From the NCBI GenBank assembly GCA_009602725.1, contig WELB01000002.1:110483-130482 (forward strand): a stretch of 20,000 nucleotides of DNA. Reading direction: 5' to 3'. The notes beneath the pieces were generated by a model. It searched no databases, was not told where the DNA came from, and was given only the letters and a program-made list of their open reading frames with translations. The DNA is from Spirogloea muscicola. Its lineage: Eukaryota. Below are positions 1-10,760 of this stretch, in pieces (the first letter of the stretch is position 1; each line of letters opens with the position of its first letter). The translations under genes and the position numbers were made by a program.

Positions 1-1249
1 GTGGGAGGATGGCCGGCACGAAAGGTAAGGAAGCCCAGCAGTCCTGCTTCCTGTCGTGCCTCAATGGTTGGACCTTTGCCCGGCCATGGGGGCGTCAACC
101 ACATACTGAAGTTGGCGTTCGCACAGGCCTGCAGTACTCCTGCTCAGCTCCAAGTGGCACCTCTACTTCCTGCAGGAGGACACGAGTGTCTCCCTCCTCT
201 CACATAGGCCTGGTGAGACGATCTCGAGCCGGACTTATCTGTTGCTTCATTCGGCGTCCGTTTTTTTCCACTTTGATACAATATCTTTGCCTTCCATCTT
301 GAACAAAATGGGGGCCAGCTCCAGCTCTGATCACACAGCGGCAGGCATGCAGAGCCTTCCTTATCTGTGATGGCAAATCACAGCACATCAGACCTGCGCA
401 GGCTTTGCCTTGGCCTCAATCGGCAAGTGCTCAGGTGGGACGGATGTGAAGAACCGAGCTGTTGAAACCTTTCAGTTGTTGGTGCCCAGCACTACGACAG
501 GCTATAGGAACTTTGCTATATCATGCTTTGTCAATCCCCACTGCTTTGCTGCCGATGTAGCTGTTGACAGGTCTTTGATTGCTGTAGTGTACGTCCTCGT
601 CCTTTACACATACTCCTCTGTAAACATGTGATGCATCACGTTGCCACATGCAGGCTGGATGTGGGGGTGGCAGCCTCTTACGTCGTCCTATTGCAAGCTG
701 CAAGTGTCACTGCAGAGCTTCTGAGCTTGCTCGTGGAAAGGTCAATGGCTGAGCCATTGCCGCTTGTTGTTGAGAGGTAGGCTTCGAGCAGCCTTGTTGT
801 TGCTGCTGGACCACATAGCCGTGTTGTGGCGTGTGTTGGCATGTGCCATGCATCACCTTTGACAACACAGTTGGCGTGGTTACTTGTCAGCTGGGAAGCC
901 AAACAGCTCAATTGGCTTCAACAGTGTCTGGGTGAGCTCCAGCCGCTCAACCTGCACTTGTACACAATGCTACGTGTGCGGCGGCCACCAGGTACTGCAC
1001 TTGGCAGTTGTCTTGGAAGCTACTCATAATTGAAACTTTCTAATGCTTGCTTGGTAGCTTCCCCAAGGTGACAATAGTCAGTCTCTATTGCAGGCCCTAT
1101 GGCAGCTGCAGGAGCTTCTCAGGTCGACGTGTAGTGATCTTTTAGCAGTCCTCTGCTGCAGGTCTCACTTGGGAGCTGCAGATATTGGTAGCAACGTCTC
1201 GAACCCTTGCCCTGTGCCAAGAACAATGGCCAATGCTGGGGTCGTCCTT

Positions 1250-2230
1250 CTCTACGCCGGATCCTCAACACACAGTGTACTTCCTGTTGCTGTGCAAGGA
1301 AAACCTTCATAATGTGATCCGATTGGTGAGTTTGCTGTTATGCCTATGCCACCTATTTCACTTTCTGGGTAATCTGAATAGACATCTGCATCTGCAAAAT
1401 AGTCATTCATGTTGGCAAAGCACCGTGGACTCTGAGAATTTGCATAACGTCTTGCCAATCCAAGATTGTGTCCGAGCTCTGAAAATTGGATATTTTAGGC
1501 AGCAACCATTGACTGCCAATTATAGTGTCACAATGAGCTTGTAGCAATTGTTTGTAGCAATGTGACGCTCTTGATGGGCCTCGGCGAGTGTCTTACTGTG
1601 TATAAGCAGGACGCCAGTCAAAACGACAACTTGCTCAAGGTGTCGTTCAAAAGAGGATCAGAATGGCAGTTGCAATTTGAAAATGCTGAGCAATTGCGTC
1701 GACATACTTCAATATTGAAGGCTCTGCCAGCACAACCTCTTGGGCCATCCTTAGAGGCTCTTATACCTGTGGGCCCATGATGCCATCCTATTATGTGTGG
1801 GTTAATGTATGTCATCCACTTGTTGGTGAATGCCATTTTGCTCAAGGAAATTGATGGCACACAGGCTTGTAATCTCACAAGCCGATGTCGAGGATATAAC
1901 CATGGTATCTTTGTTAACATGCAATGCAGTCATGCCAAATCATGGGAGGTCAATTTCAAATGTGTCATCGTTGTACTCTCCTCATCGTACACAACCCAAA
2001 CATTTGATGCCTCGTTGGTACGGCTTGTCCTGCAGTTTTATGTATAGTTGCTGTAGCTGTCACTGGCTCCAAACCAACTTAAGCCAAGGTCATAACAAAA
2101 TAATTGCAGTATGATGCTGCCATCGTTGGCAGATGTGGCTGGAGTGTGGCTGGTGTTTGGCTTTGACATGAGTGGATCTTGTGTATGGTCATGTTGATCT
2201 ATTTTGGCACATGATTGGCATGGCGACTTT
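1250..2230 (-). pseudogene. Probable decayed piggyBac-like transposase
   Basis: Minus-strand frames, broken by stops and frameshifts, give motifs in piggyBac order: ..QDPL.., FCYDLGLSWFG (first-Asp region), LYIKLQDKPYQRGIK/VWVVYDEES..FEID (cf. YIPxKPxKYGIKVWxLxD..FEIY), LEQNGIH, RFDW..LYTVR, and a C-terminal FPCTATGSTLCVE resembling the Cys-rich domain. No TIR or TTAA boundary identified. Confidence 0.5.
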
Positions 2231-2244
2231 CGATGTTGCACCTA

Positions 2245-3700
2245 TCGACTACTCGTCATATTCCGTAGTGATTTGTCTTCTCCACGCAGTGTCCTCCGTT
2301 GGGCATTTGCGCATTTCAACGGGTCCAGCAGACTGCCCCCTCTCGTCATTAGAATTGCGCTCTAGGGGTAAACATTTCAATGACTCCCGATTTCCAAAGA
2401 GATTATTGGACGTCAATCTGGACAAAACCGTTACTACCAGGACACTGCTGCTGCATTCGATCTCGTCGCCAGCGCGCTCGACGGGGGGCCTCGGCTCATC
2501 GCCGACGTTGTCACGACTGACTGTTTTGATTCCAGGAGCGCCAAACGCTCGTCGGAGGAGGCGGGCTACGCAGTCCGCCAAGCGGCGGGCGGAAAGGAAC
2601 GTAAATACTCGGATCACCCGGTGGGAGACGAGTTTGTCCCACTCGCCGTTGACGTACACGGCGCCTTTGGCACAAAATGGCTTGACCTGCTTCACCGCCT
2701 TGCGCGCCGAGCAGCGGCCCGCCGCCTCGGGCACCAGGGCGAGCAGCCTGGCTTCAATGTCGCCGGGTCCCTCGCTCACGTCTTCCGGATGCGCTTGGCC
2801 ATCTCTTTGCAGCGGTCCCTTGCCTTTGCGGTTCACTTGCGTGCAGGCCGCGCTTTTGGCGGCGACCTCCGGCTGCCGTCAGGCCGACGTCTTTCCGCCT
2901 GTGAGCTATTCCGACTTGCATCTTCCGACTAGAGGTTACTGAGCGTCCCCTTTGCTGATGGCCTAGTCCTTAGCACCCCGGCTCCTTCAGACCGGCTCCT
3001 TCAGACCTTGTCCATTCCTTTGGGCTGGCCTCTCCCAGCCACCACTTCATGTGGCCGCGCTTGCTTTCTGCTGCTATATCTGGCCAAACTGCCTCAGCAA
3101 CAAACAGAATAACTTTGATATTTATCATCGCAAACACTAAATCCCATATGTACTATCGGGCATCCGTTGCACGCCTTCACTACTTTCCGTTGCTGATCCT
3201 TGCTTGAGTTTTGTTGGCCATGGTGTGGGGTGGAACGGGATCGCAGTCTTGCATGCCGAATCCGTCACAGAGCCTCCGTGACACAATTTTACCACCCCAA
3301 CTCGATGTCCTGCTGCTCCTATCTCTCTTCACTCGGATCCGCAAGAGTTCTCCAAGGGCCCCTGCAGGATCCTTCATCTAATAACCACCACTTCCTTCCC
3401 CACTCCGACAGCCGAGACTACCAGCACGAGCACCTCTTCATGTTGAGCAAGCATTACCTTGGCAAACAGCTATTTCATGTAGGCGCTGCTACTAGACATT
3501 CTGGTATGGAATGAAGCAATAAGGTTTTTAGCACACCGAGCCATGGGCCCATCTCAACGCATTGCGTGCTTCTTTATCTTGCAAGCTTTACTTCCTTTGC
3601 CTTCACTGCAAAAGCTGAAGCACCTCTGCTCTACTTTCAAGTCGATGAAGCAGCCACGGACGAGGTGAGAAAGATGCTATTGTACAGTAGCTTTTGCATG
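2245..3700 (-). mobile_element. Ty1/Copia RT to RNase H remnant, interrupted by the CRE-like copy at 2457-3067
   Basis: Minus strand 3377-3180 reads MKDPAGALGELLRIRVKRDRSSRT..FGMQDCDPVP (cf. MKDLG..LGIxIxRDR..FGMxDCKPV). WPDIAA lies at about 3085-3068 and continues beyond the insertion as VVTVLSRLTSN..ESLKCL..RRQITTEY (cf. PDIAFAVxVLSRFMSNP..RRSTTGY). Confidence 0.6.
2457..3067 (+). mobile_element. 5'-truncated CRE-like (RLE) non-LTR retrotransposon, copy A
   Basis: Encodes DLVASALDGGPRLIADVVTTD..KERKYSDHPVGDEFVPLAVDVHGAFG..SLQRSLA..(frameshift)..SYSDLHLPTRGY*, followed by a 3' UTR. Imperfect 12-bp TSD CTGCTGCTGCAT (2445-2456) / CTGCTGCTATAT (3068-3079). 14-bp tandem duplication at 2978-3005. 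Confidence 0.85.
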
Positions 3701-3940
3701 TCGGATATTGGGAATGTGGCCTACTCGCTGAACATGAAGATGGTGAGGATCAGAGAGCAGAGGTCAACTTAGGCTGGAGTAAGTCGACTCGTCGAGCTTT
3801 GGCATGGAAGGGAGCAAATGACTACTAAGTCCCATGGAGCTAAAGCAAATACTAATGAGAGAGCTACAACCGCAGATGAGGAGGTAAAGGCGGAGGTGAC
3901 AGGTGTAGTCTACCAGCAAGATGTTGGCTGTGCCGTGGAC

Positions 3941-4285
3941 GCAAGCGCGGCCACATGAACTGGTGGCTAGGAGAGGCCAGCCCAAAGGAATGGACAAGGT
4001 CTGAAGGAGCCGGGGTGCTAAGGACTAGGACATTAGCAAAGGGGACGCTCAGTAACCTCTAGTCGGAAGATGCAAGTCGGAATAGCTCGCAGACGGAAAG
4101 ACGTCGCCCTGACGGCAGCCGGAGGCCGCCGCCAAAGCGCGGCCTGCGCGCAAGTGAACCGCAAAGGCAAGGGACCGCTGCAAAGAGATGGCCAAGCGCA
4201 TCCGGAAGACGTGAGCGAGGGACCCGGCGACATGAAACCAGGCTGCTCGCCCTGCTGCCCGAGGCGGCGGGCCGCTGCTCGCCGC
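3941..4285 (-). mobile_element. 5'-truncated CRE-like copy B, close relative of copy A in inverted orientation
   Basis: Its reverse complement aligns with about 2703-3064 with few substitutions; it encodes the C-terminus ..DLHLPTRGY* plus the 3' UTR. Confidence 0.85.
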
Positions 4286-4299
4286 CTCGAAAACGATGG

Positions 4300-5130
4300 C
4301 AGGTACATGGTCAGGTTTTGCTGAGCAACTGGAGCAGTATGGCAGACATGCCTAGAATGGCTCATTCGGCAAGCTTTCAAGCGCATGTTCCAGTACCTTG
4401 CTGAAACAACTAAGTACATAGCTCGCTGAATCACTGCACTCATGCATCACTTTCCTGCGACAGAAGTAAGTCATTGGCCTCCCAAAGGAAGGGACCCTCC
4501 AGATCGTCCAATCATGCGCTATCTGCTCGAGACGTGCTTTTGGCCTTACTACTGTACCGCCTTCGAACTACCTGGGCCCTGACTTTTGCAACTTCGGATG
4601 ATGCTCTTTCCTTTCTAATGGGCTAGCCAATCACGGCTATCGGCCTCTACTGGAAGAGTCCTTCATTTTGCAACGGAAAGGGGCCCTTCCAGGTCGTCTC
4701 GCTCCGTGCGGCTCGCATTGACCTCTTCATGGCTCGGTTGGCGCAGGCTGGGTGGATAGTGCAGGAGCACCACGTCGGCCTACGTTGTTGTGTTGGAAGG
4801 AGCCGAAGTATCTTGGAAAAGTAGGGGACAAAGTGGCTCTGCTACGATGAAGGCGGAGTGTATGGTGACGACTCAAGCAAGCAAAAAGGAATACGCAAAG
4901 CAAAACAGATGTTGTCTTGTCGGAATGCTACTTGAGGAAGTGGGCTTTCCAGCGAGCTTCAGCAAGCTCCCCTCCCATCTACAGCGCCACTTACGAAGAG
5001 CCCCGCTTCACATAGCGAAGTAAGCATACTAAATTACGGACGGACTTTGTGCAAGAGTCATAGAAGAGGCATAGAGGCTGAATGATAATATGACCGGCGA
5101 AAAGTGAGCTTGAAGGGCGTAGGCAGACTG
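4300..5130 (+). mobile_element. Second Ty1/Copia remnant (RT C-terminus and RNase H)
   Basis: RQAFKRMFQYLAETTKY at about 4367-4417 (cf. HWQAVKRILRYLKGT); RSTTSAYVVVLEGAEVSWKSRGQ..TMKAECMVTTQASKKE at about 4764-4890 (cf. RRSTTGYVF.LGGAAVSWKSKKQ..EAEY); SKHTKLRTDFVQE at about 5020-5058 (cf. KHIDIRYHFVRE). Confidence 0.75.
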
Positions 5131-5567
5131 AAGCATCTGAATGCAGACCACTACAGTCCGGTGTTGCGTTACAAAAGTCATACTTCCTAGATTACTTCAA
5201 GCTTCTATTGAGCGCAGACCACCCAGGAGGGTATGCGTAGAGAACTTCGCCCTACACACGCTGATAGGGTGAGTCGTCCTTCTTAAGTTCGTCTATAGAG
5301 GCTTTGGGGACCCACCCTCTACACGACAAAGCACTCGCGCATAGGCGCAGCGGAAGACAGGCCCTGTGGCGCCGCCATCAGGCGGCGACTCCACCTCCTG
5401 GCGCAAGCCGGCGGCGTTCCCCGAAAGGGCGCCAGCCACGGACTCCCTGCAGCAAGCCCCGCGGCAGGCTGCAGCGGCGGCTGCGGCGGCAAGCAGCGGC
5501 AAGGCTGCTCCTAGGCTTTACAGGTCCGAACTCATGTCGGGTAGCAGCCCAAGGCTCTTAGTGCTTC

Positions 5568-7291
5568 AAGAAGAAGGCTCGCCCATAAAGTAAGAGGGGC
5601 TGGCAAAGCCAGCCCAAAAAGAATGGACAATGTCCAAAGCCGAAGAATGAGAAGCCGAGGAAGGACTCCTCTACTCTACCAATCACGACAACATACTAGG
5701 GAAGCTCAGTACCCGCGAGTGAGCAACATCAGGTCCGAGTAGCTCGAGGCAGGGAAGGAGGCACTCCGCCGAGACCCGGAGGCCGCGGCCAGAGCGCGTC
5801 CTGCTTGCGTGTGGACAGCGTGGGCAAGGGATCGCTGGAACGATACCGCCAAGCGCATGCGAAAGACCTGGGCGAGCGACCCGGCGGCGTTGAAGCCGGG
5901 CAGCGCCCCGGGCGGACCCGACCGCCGATCAATAGCCTGACGAGCAAGCCGCTGGAGGAGATCCAGCCAGCGGCTGCCGAAGGCCCCGTGAACATCTATC
6001 GCCAGGGCCGCGAACTCATCACCGACCGGGTGATCGGCATATTTTTTCTCTTTTGCCCGGGCTGCCAGGCCGACCGCATGCCCTGCAAACGACGCCGACC
6101 TGGTGGGGTTGCCGGAGTCGTAGCTGTCCGTTGTCACCACATCAGTGATGATGCGGGGACCGCCGCTGGGCGGGATAGCGACCAGGTCGGCGCGCCGGGT
6201 GTGCGACCGGCCGTCCTCGCCCCGCAGGATGGGCATGACTGAGGAGCACTCCACCGCCACCTTGAAGCCCGCCTCTATGAACACCCCCTGCATACCATCG
6301 CGCAAAAGATCATGGGAAGCGGTCCTCTCGCCTCCGTGGGCGCAACGGAGCATGTGCGCGGCCAGCTCCGCAGGGTCGGCGTGCCGGGCGCCGCACTCGC
6401 ACTGTGTGACACCTGTAAGGCAGGGAGGGAGGAGCCCCAAGAGCCGATGCACCGCCGTCCGGTAGACCTCGTCGGGCATGGTAAGTGCGGCATAGAGTGG
6501 GAGCGCTTGGAGCCACGCCGCCGCCCCAGGGGAAGAGGCGGAGAGAAGCCGAGCACGCCCGCGAACGTCAGACGGAGGGAGAAGCTCCACCGCCTGGTCG
6601 GAGGCCGCCTTCTCGACCAACGCCGTGAAGCGTGCCTGAGCCCGCAGGTCTGGAGTGTGGGCGAGGTGCCGGAAAGGAACAGTCTGCTCGGACATGTTGG
6701 GGTGGACCTGCAGGAGCCTGTCGCGGGCAGTGCGGAGGGCGACTTGGAAGGGGAGTTGGCCTGTCTCCACATCGGCTGCCGCCCGCTCCAGGGCGCGTTG
6801 TCCGTGCACGAGGAACCGCTGACACATGGGGGCGGCCACCTGCGCCCAGCTTCCCAGGAAGGCCGCCTCACAGACGCGGGCAACTGAGCGGCATCCCAAG
6901 CCGCCACGACTGATCGGCAGGCTGGCCTGCAGCTGCGCAGCTTGGGTGGTGAGGAACGCCGGGTGCTGCACGAGGGAGGCTGCGGCCGCCATGATGCCGG
7001 TGTCGAAGGCCTCATACGCTGCCGTCACCGCCGGTGAGGGAAGGACGGTGCGGGCCAGGTAGTGGGGCCGCTGCGCGATGCACCGGGCCAGCTGCATGTC
7101 GTTCAGCGTGTGCAGGCGGGCCGCCGGCCGGAGGTGGTCCTGCAGCCGCCCCTGCAGCTGCTCCGCCACGAAGGCAGGTGCGCCCAGGGGGACGCCGAGG
7201 AGAGTGAGGCCCTCGGCCGGTGTCTGGCAGCCCACGGGCAGGCCCAGGTGGGCTGGCAGGGGACCTGCCGGGGACCAGGCACAGCACTTGT
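5568..7291 (-). mobile_element. 5'-truncated CRE-like non-LTR retrotransposon, copy C
   Basis: Open frame 7291-5706, then a 3' UTR ending in a CTTCTTCTT-type tail at 5568. Both boundaries are defined by the interrupted gag-element leader. No TSD seen. Confidence 0.9.
5706..7291 (-). CDS. Partial (5'-truncated) RT-thumb / CCHC / restriction-like endonuclease protein of a CRE-like element
   Basis: GLTLLGVPLG (end of RT), HYLART, QASLPISRGGLG..AAFLGS, AWLQALP, CECG..HMLRC finger, RTASHDLLRD, RRADL..ITDV..KEKKY (PD-(D/E)xK type). The RT catalytic YxDD region is absent. The ORF-track extension to 7466 lies in the host leader. Confidence 0.85.
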
Positions 7292-7490
7292 CCGTGCCAC
7301 CCCTCCTCCAGGGGTGTGAGCGAGTCGCCCCATGGCCTGCCTTGCCACGGGCCAAAGAACCTCCCTTGAACGGGTGGATCCTAGCGAGGAGTATTTTAGG
7401 ACGGGCGGGACCCGCACCTGGGCGGGCCGCTTGCCTGGCCAGCCAGCCCGCCACCTGGCGGGCCACTTGCCGTCAAATGGCAAGCGGTCA

Positions 7491-7540
7491 TGTAACGCTA
7501 ACAGCACCGTGTGGCTTCCCCAAACGGCTGAATCGTTACA
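7491..7540 (-). repeat. 50-bp TGTAACG...CGTTACA terminal unit (putative mini-LTR), copy 1
   Basis: 7-bp terminal inverted repeats; 37/50 ungapped identity to 11253-11302; marks the end of homology between the gag-element copies. Confidence 0.7.
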
Positions 7541-7960
7541 GTATGCGTGCCACTGGCCATCGATATGCACGAAGTTTTGGGGCCTCAGTGGCTAGACCTG
7601 TTGACCCACCTTGCGTGACGCGCTGTGCCCGCAGGTGGGGCGAGCAGGCCGAAGTCGACCCCGCTGGCTCGCTGATGCAGGTAATTGCATGCGCCTGTCC
7701 ATATCCTTCCAGCGGTCCATGGCCTACACCTTGCATCTAAGTGGAGCCGTGGTCTAGCTGCAGCCACTGGCTTCCGTCAAGGGGACTGCTTCCGGCGGCT
7801 TTTTATTTATGCCTTGCGGCTGCTAAGTAGAGGTTATGGAGCGATTGTACCTACATGGTCCTTGCATATTCATGTATTGCAGCTTCTTTCGGCCCCTTCG
7901 GACCTTGTCGATTCTTATCGGGCTGACATTCTATAGGCCACGTCCCCTTTTGAAGGATCG
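7541..7960 (+). mobile_element. Decayed CRE-like RLE and 3' fragment, copy D
   Basis: VPLAIDMH..LGPQWLDLLTHLA..AGSLMQV..MRLSISFQRSMA..GFRQGDCF..LRLLSRGY with frameshifts, followed by UTR-like sequence. The 3' boundary is approximate. Confidence 0.75.
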
Positions 7961-7979
7961 GTATCTCTCTACAAAGCTT

Positions 7980-8230
7980 AAGAAGAAAGTGCTCGCCCAT
8001 AGAAAAAGGGGGCCAGCAAAGCCAGCCCAGAAAGAATGGACAATGTCCGAAAGCCAAAGAAAGGAAGTGTTCGCCCATAGAGAAGAGTGGCTGGCAAAGC
8101 CAGCCCGAAAAGAATGGACAATATCCCAAGCCAAAGAAAAGAGGAGCCGGAAAAGAACTACACTACAGTCCATGCCTTTGGACTAGGACGAAGCCATCAG
8201 CCAAAAGACGCTCAGTAACCCCTAGTCAGA
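7980..8230 (-). mobile_element. CRE-like 3' end only (copy E) with a tandemly duplicated ~78-bp UTR terminus
   Basis: 8230-8211 reads CTGACTAGGGGTTACTGAG (LTRGY*) on the minus strand. UTR units at about 7987-8064 and 8065-8140 match 5578-5645. Confidence 0.8.
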
Positions 8231-8995
8231 AAAAAAGAAAGGAAAAACACACAGCTAGGCAGTTAGGCAGCTCTCTGAGCTAATTAGCTCGTACAAACTA
8301 GATCCCAACCTGTGTCGGAGCTGCGCGGCAAGATTTGTGTGCACGCCCTAAAGCTCCTATAGTTTGACAGACGGCTTATGGAGCTCCAGAAGCCAGGATC
8401 CGGAGGGTGGTAGCGTTGAAATCCCAGATGTATTTACAGTGGTGGTTGCCTGGTCAGCAGCTTGAATGATATTGGCGGATGTCCATCGAGGACTTAGCTG
8501 GTACTTTGGTGGACCGGGCGGAAATTGCACGCAGTATCTGAGATACTGGCTGCAATTATCGCTTCATCGGTCATTTAATGTTCCTATCCGTATAGACACA
8601 TTCCGGGTCAGAACGTCCCGTTTGGGATTCGGACATATGGTGTTGGCGACAACCCTTTCACAGAGTGGGACGCCAGCGCACACAGCGCATACTCGCGCAC
8701 ACAGCGCAGCGGAAGTCCTACCCTAAGGCACCGCCAAAAGGTGGTGACTCTACGGAGGGTCCAGCTTCAAGCTGTCCCGACATGGGACTGAGCTGTAGTA
8801 CTTACAGAGAGCCGGCGATGTCCGCAGCGACGAGCTGCGGTGACGGGCTGGGCAGCAGGCGGCAGCAGCAGAGCTGTGGCAACGGCTGCGGCAGCAGGCA
8901 GCAGCAGGGCTGTCCCTCTCTTGGCGTCACGGGTCCGACTCCGGAATCAGGCCTCGGCCTGCTACTAACAGCGTTCCCCCTGCCACCCCTCCCCA

Positions 8996-10158
8996 GAGAC
9001 GCCGACCACCCGCAGGAACACGAGTTCTTCCCGTTCGCCATCGACCCCCGCGGTGCGTTGGGCGCTTGGTGGCTCGAGCTGCTCAAGCAGCTCTTGCGTC
9101 ACGCTATCTGCAAGGAATGCTGTGGATCGCCAAGCCCGGGCTGCCGGCGGCGCAAGGAAAAGCGGGGAGGAATTGGGATGGGGCTGCAACGGTAAAAATG
9201 AGCAACGGATACTGCAGGGGCAAGGGTCCAGGGGTCCGAGGTTGGGTGAAGAACTCACCACCTCTGCATCTCGGGTACCCTCTATATAGTCCGAGGGACT
9301 GCGAGCCCGGCCATACGGGCCCGGGTGGGATATTTGGCACCCAGTCTCTCGTTGACGACCCGTCCGCGACCTGTCGACGGCTATCAACGGGCTACCACCG
9401 ACAATCTACCCATCCATCGGCCACCACCGCCATACTGACGGTCCCCGGTCACTCGCAGCTGACGGTCACTACCCCCAGGCTACCGTGAGCCGTCTATCGT
9501 TCCCGTCAACACTAACGGCTAACAACGCCGTCAAGGCAATCTACAGCGCTGCCGCCTCCCATCGCCGTTCCAGCGGCAGCACAATGCTGTCTCGCGCGTC
9601 ACGACACCGGGTTGCGTTGCTCTCAGCTCTAGGTTGAATCCACGCCGCCCAGCCTGGTGAGATTGTCCGTCTCCAGGCATCTGTCAAGCCTTTCCTGCGG
9701 CACTGACAGTCAATTTATCTATCAGCCGGATGAGGTGTCGAGTCTCCAGGCATCTGTCAATTCATTACTGCTGCATTGACATTCCAGCCATGTAAAATCG
9801 TTACACTATCTCCCGCCGATGCCATGGGGAGACAGTGGATTTCCACGCAGCTGGCTCGCTCGCGCAGGTATACCGCATGCGCCTGTCCGTCTCGCTGCAG
9901 AGGTCCATGGCTCGCGCGCTGCATCTGCGTGCCGGTCGTGCCTCAGCTGCAGCCTCTGGCCCTGGCCAGGGGACCCGCTACCAGGCGACCAGATTCTCTG
10001 ACCTGCGGCTGCTTAACAGAAGTTTCTGAGTGTATCGGAGCTGCTTGTGTCCATGTGTGCTAGCTTTAGCGCTTTCCCTTGGCCCCTTCGACCTTTCTTC
10101 ACATTTTCCCTGGGCTGGGCTCTCCTGGAAGCCACCGCCCTCTCTTGGAAGCGTCTTT
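8996..10158 (+). mobile_element. 5'-truncated CRE-like copy F, interrupted by a solo LTR
   Basis: ADHPQEHEFFPFAIDPRGALGAWWLELLKQLLRHAI | SRRCHGETVDFHAAGSLAQVYRMRLSVSLQRSMA..SDLRLLNRSF*. TSD CTCCCCA at 8989-8995 and 10159-10165. Confidence 0.8.
9109..9805 (-). mobile_element. Solo LTR (~700 bp)
   Basis: TG...CA termini; perfect 5-bp TSD CTATC (9104-9108, 9806-9810); homologous over its full length to 15802-16518; TATA-like CTATATAG at about 9282. Strand assignment is inferred. Confidence 0.85.
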
Positions 10159-10177
10159 CTCCCCAAGCGTGTGACGA

Positions 10178-10388
10178 AGAAAGAGGAAATGGCTCGCCCA
10201 TTGAGGATAGGGGCTGGACAAGCCAGCCCAAAAAAGAATGAACAAAGAACGAGAAGGGGGCCAGAGGAAGCCAGAGGAAGCGCTAAGAAACCAAAGCACA
10301 CAAAGAAAGAAAGCAGCTACACATTACTCAGTAACCCCTGCTAAGCAGCCGCAAATCAGAGAGGCTAGGGTCCTGGAAGTGGGTCCCC
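10178..10388 (-). mobile_element. Short 5'-truncated CRE-like copy G
   Basis: Encodes GTHFQDPSLSDLRLLSRGY* plus the 3' UTR; perfect 8-bp TSD TGTGACGA (10170-10177, 10389-10396). Confidence 0.85.
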
Positions 10389-10467
10389 TGTGACGAGGGT
10401 TGCCCCAAGGTCTTCCCCCGGAGGGGCGGGCCTGACAAGCGCGGGCGCATGCGCCTTCATTTAAAGG

Positions 10468-10560
10468 ATTTGCTCGCCCACAGAGGGTAGGGGCTGGTAG
10501 GGAAAGGCCAGCCTAAGAAGAATGGACAATGTCCAAAGAGCCAAAGGTGCCAAAAGGTGA
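10468..10560 (-). mobile_element. CRE-like 3' UTR fragment, copy H
   Basis: GCTCGCCC..GGGGCTGG..CCAGCC..AAGAATGGACAATGTCCAAAG matches the UTR at 5578-5640. Confidence 0.7.
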
Positions 10561-10579
10561 CAAGGGGATACGACGGATC

Positions 10580-10760
10580 TGCCAGACGCCGTTGCGCACG
10601 AGCGAAGCAGCGTCTGGCGGCTGGAGCACGACTTCAAGGCACACGAAAATGCGCCAGACGCTGCCGCGCGCGAGCGAAGCAGGCCTGGCGGATGGAGTCA
10701 AAACTCCCGGATGATGCCGCGCGCAAGCAAAAGCAGCGCCTCTCGGACAGCACGACTGGC
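10580..10760. repeat. Degenerate tandem repeat, ~72-bp period, about 2.5 copies
   Basis: GCCAGACGC..GCGC.CGAGCGAAGCAG..CTGGCGG.TGGAG at about 10581 and 10653; partial third copy at about 10712. Confidence 0.6.

Larger units (their letters stand above)
5205..7540 (-). mobile_element. Gag-element copy 1 (50-bp terminal unit, leader, decayed gag N-terminus), split by CRE-like copy C
   Basis: 7540-7292 aligns with 11253-11475 plus 13145-13162, and 5567-5205 aligns with about 13163-13497 (the gag N-terminus). Removing 5568-7291 restores GTGCTTC|CCGTGCCACCCC. Confidence 0.8.

Noticed and set aside
3065..3940. Inversion of a single Copia element mediated by inverted CRE copies A and B
   Set aside because: Copy A retains its own TSD, and the minus-strand Copia frame continues across it into 2456-2245. 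Two separate Copia remnants explain the opposite strands.
4440..4730. Possible additional very old CRE 3' end (TTTCTAATGGGCTAGCC at about 4612-4628)
   Set aside because: Only a short motif resemblance; no convincing coding match or TSD.
5124..5173. CGTTACA at 5167-5173 as a 3' mini-LTR of gag-element copy 1
   Set aside because: No similarity to the 50-bp unit beyond the heptamer, no partner TIR and no PPT.
7292..7466. N-terminal extension of the 586-aa ORF as a real protein start
   Set aside because: It is chance in-frame read-through from the gag-element leader with a GTG start; the CRE sequence begins at about 7291.
7980..8140. CRISPR-like repeat array or Rho-independent terminators
   Set aside because: The repeats are retrotransposon 3' UTR copies without unique spacers; there are no cas genes and the context is eukaryotic.
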